Of a DNA stretch of 64,000 nt, positions 58,424 to 64,000 are shown piece by piece. This DNA comes from a virus. Position numbers and translations under genes: made by a program. Each line of letters begins with the position of its first letter. Position 1 is the stretch's first letter. Where the stretch lies: the IMG/VR virus record IMGVR_UViG_3300020159_001521, positions 1 through 64,000 of that record. The stretch is one strand, 5' to 3'. The notes beneath the pieces were generated by a model that was given only the letters and a program-made list of their open reading frames with translations, made no database searches and was not told where the DNA came from.

Positions 58424-59428
58424 ATGATACAAGGTAAAATCAAGACAACTCTAACTCCTGATGCTATACTGAACAAGATTAGTGACTATGACATATTCAT
58501 GTATTACATGCCTGATAAATCATGGAAACTAAATCAAGTGACACTATCTCCCTTTAGAAAGGAGCGCAATCCTTCCTTCTTAATTGGAACAAGAAAAGGG
58601 TATATATCTTTTATAGATTTTGCAGATACAAGCTTACGTGGTGATTGTTTTACGTTTGTAAAACTTCTCTATGGCTATGCCAAACTGGATGATGTTCTTA
58701 GGCTTATTGATAAAGACTTTGATCTTGGTATTACAACAGGAACAAGTTCAGACAAGCATAAAGAAATAACATCACAGTATAAGCAACCAGAGGTTGTTAA
58801 ACGTAACTCTCTTATTCAGGTGGTTACAAGAAAGTTCACAAATAGAGAACTTGAATATTGGAACGAATATCATCAATCTGTAGATGATTTGAGAGAGAAT
58901 AACATTTATGCAATCAAGAAGGTGTATTTGAACAAGAGCTTGTTCTATATGAAGGAAGAGGAGCTAGTATTTGGTTATTTATACGAAGGAGGACATTGGA
59001 AGATATATAGACCATTTGCAGATAAGAAAAGCAAATGGGTGCCTAACTATGTTCCTATTACAGCAATGGACGGTAAAGATGATATTAAGTATTGTAAAAT
59101 GGCTTTCATCAACAAGAGTAAGAAAGACTACATGGTGATGAAAAAAGTGTTTCCAAATAGCTGTGCTGTGCAAAACGAAGGACTTGGATGTTTCTCTACA
59201 GAGAATGTGGAATACATGAAAAGATATTCCGACATACAAATTCTAAGTTTTGATAGTGACATCACTGGTGTTACAAATTCACAACAGATAACAAAGCTAT
59301 TTGATTTTGGCTATTGCAATGTGCCCAAAAAATACCTCAAAGAAGGAATTAAAGACTGGGCTGATTTAGGGAAAGTTCATGGACTAAACGCTATCGAAGA
59401 CTATTTAAAGCAAAAAGAATTGTTATGA
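58424..59428 (+). CDS. DNA primase (crAss-like, TOPRIM)
   Basis: SPFRKERNPSF, GDCFTFV, WKIYRPF, KSKKD, SFDSDITG, IKDWADL. Confidence 0.85.
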   Translation: MIQGKIKTTLTPDAILNKISDYDIFMYYMPDKSWKLNQVTLSPFRKERNPSFLIGTRKGYISFIDFADTSLRGDCFTFVKLLYGYAKLDDVLRLIDKDFDLGITTGTSSDKHKEITSQYKQPEVVKRNSLIQVVTRKFTNRELEYWNEYHQSVDDLRENNIYAIKKVYLNKSLFYMKEEELVFGYLYEGGHWKIYRPFADKKSKWVPNYVPITAMDGKDDIKYCKMAFINKSKKDYMVMKKVFPNSCAVQNEGLGCFSTENVEYMKRYSDIQILSFDSDITGVTNSQQITKLFDFGYCNVPKKYLKEGIKDWADLGKVHGLNAIEDYLKQKELL

Positions 59429-59583
59429 CTTTTGATGAACTAAAAGAATCCATTCAAGAAGAAATAGAATGGTTAGAAACAACTGACAGAGATGTAATAC
59501 AATGTATTAGTATAGAAAATCTGGAAGCTATATTATCAGTGTATTTCAACACAGAAATTAAATTAACAAAAGAAGAAAACTAA
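59425..59583 (+). CDS. Small acidic hypothetical protein (52 aa)
   Basis: ATGA-coupled MTFDELKESIQEEIEWLE... Confidence 0.55.
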   Translation: MTFDELKESIQEEIEWLETTDRDVIQCISIENLEAILSVYFNTEIKLTKEEN

Positions 59584-59588
59584 TTATT

Positions 59589-60389
59589 ATGAAAGTAGCA
59601 ACTTACACAACAACAAAGAACATATTATTGGATGCTGAAATTCCAGCACAAACACGTACATATAAACCAATTACACACAATCAGTTGATAGACCTCACCA
59701 TGGAGTCTATATATGGAGCAGGATTCACTTTGGATAAAGAACTCTATTCAGCTTCTCCTGATGGTCAAGTGGCTAATGCTAATTTCACTATTAGCAATGT
59801 AGCAGATAAAGAAATGCAATTACAGATTGGTTGGCAGAATAGCTACAATAAGACACTCAGTCTGAAGTTTGCTATTGGTGCAAGTATATTCATTTGTCAA
59901 AATGGTGCTGTACATGGTGACATGGGTTCCTTTAAGAAGAAACACATGGGTGAAGTGCAACAGTTCACTCCCTCTGCTATTACAGAATATATCAAACAAG
60001 CTGGTGATACATTCCAGACAATGCAGAAAGAGCGTGAGGCTATGAAGCAAATTGAAATGAGCAAACGTACACAAGCTGAGCTTGTAGGTAGATTGCTTCT
60101 TGAAGAGCAATTGATTAGCACTATGCAAGTGAATCAAATTGCTGCAGAACTTAGTAAGCCTACATATGACTATGGTGCTCCAGGTAGCTTGTGGGAACTC
60201 TATCAGTTTACAACACAGACAATGAGAGAGACACATCCTAGGTTTTGGATTAATGACCACATGAAAGCTCACAATTTCTTTGTGAACGAAAGTGGCGTAA
60301 TTCTTTCTGCACCTCCTCAGGTGATTAATGTGTACGAAGAGCCAGCAGACACCCCTTTGGGATTTCTTCAACTAGCAATGGAATTTTAA
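59589..60389 (+). CDS. DUF932/DUF945-like protein
   Basis: YKPITH, QNSYNK, IFICQNG, SLWELYQ. Confidence 0.7.
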   Translation: MKVATYTTTKNILLDAEIPAQTRTYKPITHNQLIDLTMESIYGAGFTLDKELYSASPDGQVANANFTISNVADKEMQLQIGWQNSYNKTLSLKFAIGASIFICQNGAVHGDMGSFKKKHMGEVQQFTPSAITEYIKQAGDTFQTMQKEREAMKQIEMSKRTQAELVGRLLLEEQLISTMQVNQIAAELSKPTYDYGAPGSLWELYQFTTQTMRETHPRFWINDHMKAHNFFVNESGVILSAPPQVINVYEEPADTPLGFLQLAMEF

Positions 60390-60390
60390 T

Positions 60391-61107
60391 ATGATTTGGG
60401 CAAACTTTAAAGATCAGTTTCACGAGAGCTGGCACAGTAAAATGCAACCTTTTATTGAAAGTGAAGAGTGCGACAACATCTATAAGTTTCTCAAGGCAGA
60501 AGGAAAGAGGGGCAAGAAAATTGCCCCTTCTTCTTCTGTAACTTACAGATGCTTCAAAGAAACTTCTCTTGACGATCTGAAGGTGGTAATGATTGGCATG
60601 TGCCCCTATCACACTTTCTACAATGGTGTCTCTGTAGCAGATGGACTGCTTATGGGATGTAGTGTAACAGACAGGTTACAACCTTCTCTTGAGAAGTTCT
60701 ATGAAGGACTAGAAGATGAATTAAGCAATGGACTCAATCTTAAATATAAACAGCTCACTGATGTTAGCTATTTGGCTAATCAAGGAGTGCTTATGTTTAA
60801 TGCTGCGCTCACTACAGAAGTAAACAAAGCAGGAAGTCATATTGAAATATGGGAACCCTTCACTAAGTATGTAATGGAAGAAATACTATCTGTTACAGGT
60901 GTGCCCACTATATTCCTTGGTAAAGATGCTGCTAAGTATGAGAAATACACAAATCCATTTGCTTGGAACTTTGTGTTAAGTCATCCAGCCTCAGCAGCGT
61001 ACAAGCAGTCTAGTTGGGACACAGAAGGAACATTTACAAAGGTGAATAAGATACTCAAGGAAAACAATGGTTATGAAATCATGTGGCTCTACAATGTGCC
61101 ATTCTAA
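60391..61107 (+). CDS. ung: Family-1 uracil-DNA glycosylase-like protein with divergent active site
   Basis: LKVVMIGMCPYH (cf. GQDPYH), QPSL, QGVLMFNAALT, GSH...WEPFT, HPAS. Confidence 0.85.
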   Translation: MIWANFKDQFHESWHSKMQPFIESEECDNIYKFLKAEGKRGKKIAPSSSVTYRCFKETSLDDLKVVMIGMCPYHTFYNGVSVADGLLMGCSVTDRLQPSLEKFYEGLEDELSNGLNLKYKQLTDVSYLANQGVLMFNAALTTEVNKAGSHIEIWEPFTKYVMEEILSVTGVPTIFLGKDAAKYEKYTNPFAWNFVLSHPASAAYKQSSWDTEGTFTKVNKILKENNGYEIMWLYNVPF

Positions 61108-61119
61108 AATCGAAAAACA

Positions 61120-61437
61120 ATGAAACTAAGATTTGGTGGTAGCTTACAAATAGGAGATCCTATTTTTATTAGTTATGGAAGCAGTGTAGACTTTGGACTA
61201 TTTGCAGGATATGGAAAAGGAACTATACAATTTTATACTCCCACTGGTATAATATACCAATACGAAAACGCAATAGGAAAAGACAAAAAACCAAAGTTCT
61301 GGAAAGCATACATACATGGACAGAATATAGAATATAGAGTGGTGAAGGTGAATCCAGAAGTGCTATACAATCGTGAAGACATAGAAAACTACGAGAAAGC
61401 AATTGCAATTTTAAAACAAGAAAACATAATCAAATGA
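61120..61437 (+). CDS. Hypothetical protein
   Basis: Packed ORF. Confidence 0.6.
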   Translation: MKLRFGGSLQIGDPIFISYGSSVDFGLFAGYGKGTIQFYTPTGIIYQYENAIGKDKKPKFWKAYIHGQNIEYRVVKVNPEVLYNREDIENYEKAIAILKQENIIK

Positions 61438-63731
61438 TCTTAGAAAAACAAAAAGAGTCAGTTGTTCTACAAGAAGGAGAACAAACACAGGAATCAATTG
61501 GAATGTCCTTAGACTTAGATTCTGCACAGATATTGATGCAGATGTTAAGTAAGAACTTATATTCAGATGCAATAGGTTCTACAATTCGTGAGTGTGCTAG
61601 TAATGCTCTTGACAGTCACAGAAGAGCTGGTATAAAGGAAGCTATTGTTGTTTCCTTTGGATATACAAACAATAACACTTATGAATTCACTGTAGAAGAT
61701 TTTGGTATTGGTCTGGATGCAGACGATGTTAAAAACATCATCAGTAAATATGGTAAGAGTACAAAGCGTAATTCAGCTAATGAGCTGGGTATGATGGGCT
61801 TGGGCTTCAAGGCTCCTCTTGCATATTGCTCAAGCTTCTATTTCGTTGCTCGTAAGAACGGAATTGAGCGTAAATATATGATGTACGAAGGAGAAGATGT
61901 AAACACAATTGATTTGCTTTACGAAACTCCTACAGATGAGAGAAATGGTGTTAAGGTGATTGTTCCTGTTAAATCTGGTGACAAGTGGTCTTTTACATCA
62001 AAGATTAAAGAGCAGCTTGCGTATTTTGAGGATGTTTATTTTAATGTAGATGGTGTAGATAATAATTTCACTATACACAGACATGAGCACTTCCAGTTTT
62101 CTCCACTTGCTTCTGATAGCAGTTTGCACATCTGTTTAGATAATGTCTACTATCCTATTGATTTTCAGAAGATTGGCATTAATAATGTACAAATGCCTAT
62201 AGCTCTTAAGTTTGGTTTGTCAGATGCAATATTCCCTACACCAAACAGAGAATCTATTCGCTATACACAAGAAGCAAAAGCAGCTATTCTTGACAAGATT
62301 CAAAAGGTGGCTAACTACTTTGTAGAGAAGTATAATGAATCTATACAAGAGTCAGAAGACATTAAGCAAATAATGGAGTATTATGGTGATAGCGAAAGAG
62401 CTGTTAAGTTTGGTAGTTCTAAATGGAACATCAGTCCTCTGAAACAGTTTTCTACAATATCTTTTGCCACTCCTAAATACAAACATTCTGATAATGTTGA
62501 CTTTGAAAGGTTGTGGAAAATGAAAGATCAGTTGTTTGGTGAGTATTCTCTCAAGTATAGCGTGCATTCAGGAAGGATGTATTCTGAAGAAAACAACAGA
62601 TGGAATAACTTGAGCTGGTTCAATGTATTTGGTAATGACTGGAATAAGTGTATTATGATGGTGTATTCTGAGAAACTCAAAGGGTTGACAAAGGATTACA
62701 TCAGAAGCACTTACGGTAGACAAAGAGTGAAGATTGTCAAGAAGGAAAAACAATTTGTTCTTGGTAAAATGAAAAGTGCTGGTAATGGCAATTTTGATAA
62801 TTACATTAATCTTCTCAGACTAGACAAGTATCCAAAGAGTGAATGGAGAATCAGGATTAAGGACTTTCAGCTTGTTGTAAATAAGCTCACTGAGAGTTTT
62901 ATTAATCTAGATGAACTTGTTGTTCCTCAAACCTTTATTGACGCTAGGAAAAAGCAGAGAGTGAAAGCAATTGCTGCTTCACCAAAGCGTAAGAAGCTTG
63001 AAGGAGAAATCAATGTTAAACTACTTTCTCCTCTGGAGAGGTTTGTTTATGGTAAGAACTCTAAGCTTGTTCCCACCATCATCAATCTTGCAGATGCACA
63101 TAAGCAACCATCACTAACTGTGTTTGGTAAGCAGGAACATGCAGATCTGATGGACAAATGGTTTGCTGTATTCCCTAGGCACATTAAGTTTATTGTACTG
63201 TCTGAAAGAGAACTGAAAGCAATTAAGGATGTAAAAATTAGAAACTGGATTAGTATGGAAGAATTCATGGAAGGTGAACACATTGTGTTCAGAAGAGCAG
63301 CCACTGCATATCTTATACAGAAGCTTATGAATGATTATGAGTATGTGTTCGTCACTAATTTAAGTGATGTATCTATTGACCTCAATAACAAACTCAATGA
63401 TCTGAAAAACTATAAGAAAAAGTATAGGCTTGATGGTGAAAACAAGTTGTATGACGAGATAATTTCTATCGCACAAGAGAAGAATTTATTTGACAATTCC
63501 ATCTATTCTTCGTATCTTAACATGAAAGATTTCTTAGACAGGAATCGTTACATCAATAGTTTCTTGAGGCACATAGGTCGTTACAATGGATTGGCTAAGA
63601 CGGAAAAAGAAATGCTTTGTGACCTTATGAAATATCATAAACAAAAGCTTAATTGGCAGAATTATAAACTTAATGAAGAGAAACTTGAAGTTCCTACAGA
63701 GGAAACAATTGAATCTCTTGTAACATCTTAG
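61434..63731 (+). CDS. rIIA: rIIA-like protein with N-terminal GHKL ATPase
   Basis: LYSD..IRECASNALDSH, DFGIGL, STKRNS..GMMGLGFKAPLAY, TPNRESIRY. Confidence 0.85.
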   Translation: MILEKQKESVVLQEGEQTQESIGMSLDLDSAQILMQMLSKNLYSDAIGSTIRECASNALDSHRRAGIKEAIVVSFGYTNNNTYEFTVEDFGIGLDADDVKNIISKYGKSTKRNSANELGMMGLGFKAPLAYCSSFYFVARKNGIERKYMMYEGEDVNTIDLLYETPTDERNGVKVIVPVKSGDKWSFTSKIKEQLAYFEDVYFNVDGVDNNFTIHRHEHFQFSPLASDSSLHICLDNVYYPIDFQKIGINNVQMPIALKFGLSDAIFPTPNRESIRYTQEAKAAILDKIQKVANYFVEKYNESIQESEDIKQIMEYYGDSERAVKFGSSKWNISPLKQFSTISFATPKYKHSDNVDFERLWKMKDQLFGEYSLKYSVHSGRMYSEENNRWNNLSWFNVFGNDWNKCIMMVYSEKLKGLTKDYIRSTYGRQRVKIVKKEKQFVLGKMKSAGNGNFDNYINLLRLDKYPKSEWRIRIKDFQLVVNKLTESFINLDELVVPQTFIDARKKQRVKAIAASPKRKKLEGEINVKLLSPLERFVYGKNSKLVPTIINLADAHKQPSLTVFGKQEHADLMDKWFAVFPRHIKFIVLSERELKAIKDVKIRNWISMEEFMEGEHIVFRRAATAYLIQKLMNDYEYVFVTNLSDVSIDLNNKLNDLKNYKKKYRLDGENKLYDEIISIAQEKNLFDNSIYSSYLNMKDFLDRNRYINSFLRHIGRYNGLAKTEKEMLCDLMKYHKQKLNWQNYKLNEEKLEVPTEETIESLVTS

Positions 63732-63733
63732 TT

Positions 63734-63925
63734 ATGACATTGATTATTTATTTAATAGTTGGGCTCCTGTATTGGGGGCTCAACTCTTTTGTTAGGAAAT
63801 TGGAAACTGATGGTGATTGGTTGCTACCCATTGTATGGTTTTTAGCATGGCCCATTGGATTTATATCTTGGTCTTTCGTATTTATGGACTATTTATTAAG
63901 CAAACAACGTAAGAAACACTTTTAA
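63734..63925 (+). CDS. Small membrane protein
   Basis: Two hydrophobic segments; WFLAWP. Confidence 0.6.
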   Translation: MTLIIYLIVGLLYWGLNSFVRKLETDGDWLLPIVWFLAWPIGFISWSFVFMDYLLSKQRKKHF

Positions 63926-63936
63926 AAAACAAAACT

Positions 63937-64000
63937 ATGAGTAATTTCACACTTAACTGGTTTAAAAGACAAGCAGAACTAGAAAACCTCATCATCGAAG
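63937..64000 (+). CDS. Start of next gene (possibly rIIB), truncated
   Basis: MSNFTLNWFKRQAELENLIIE; identity inferred only from position after rIIA. Confidence 0.35.
   Translation, partial: MSNFTLNWFKRQAELENLIIE

Noticed and set aside
1-64000. Stop-codon reassignment as seen in some crAss-like phages
   Set aside because: Terminase, portal, MCP, muzzle and PolB are intact in the standard code, genes end in TAA, TAG and TGA, and no suppressor tRNA was seen.

Overview
64 kb from a lytic crAss-like (Crassvirales-type) podophage of a Bacteroidota host. Host assignment rests on several TTTG-N19-21-TAnnTTTG sigma-A promoters and A-rich translation starts without Shine-Dalgarno sites. The standard genetic code is used. 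Left arm (1-39150, minus strand) is the late/virion module: terminase, portal, scaffold, major capsid protein, ring/tail proteins, muzzle (tail stabilisation) protein and large ejected cargo proteins, the last running off the left edge. The strand switch near 39200-39480 is flanked by two G-quadruplex-type motifs. Right arm (plus strand) has a dense block of structured non-coding RNA with a twister-ribozyme-like core, many small early genes, a lone antisense holin, a phage tmRNA with an unusually long 26-residue tag, and the replication module (LAGLIDADG endonuclease, PolB with a beta-clamp motif, DnaB-like and SF2 helicases, Sak4-like ATPase, SSB, primase, divergent UDG, rIIA). Best candidates for undescribed biology: (i) virion cargo polyproteins punctuated by a repeated x-[QKER]-x-G(G) motif, with an ADP-ribosyltransferase-like module between two motifs; (ii) a muzzle gene split in two with an apparent peptide-plug/socket-domain system and shared Thr-rich linkers; (iii) the early structured-RNA block; (iv) the long-tag tmRNA. 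All calls come from reading motifs and synteny by eye; no database searches were run.
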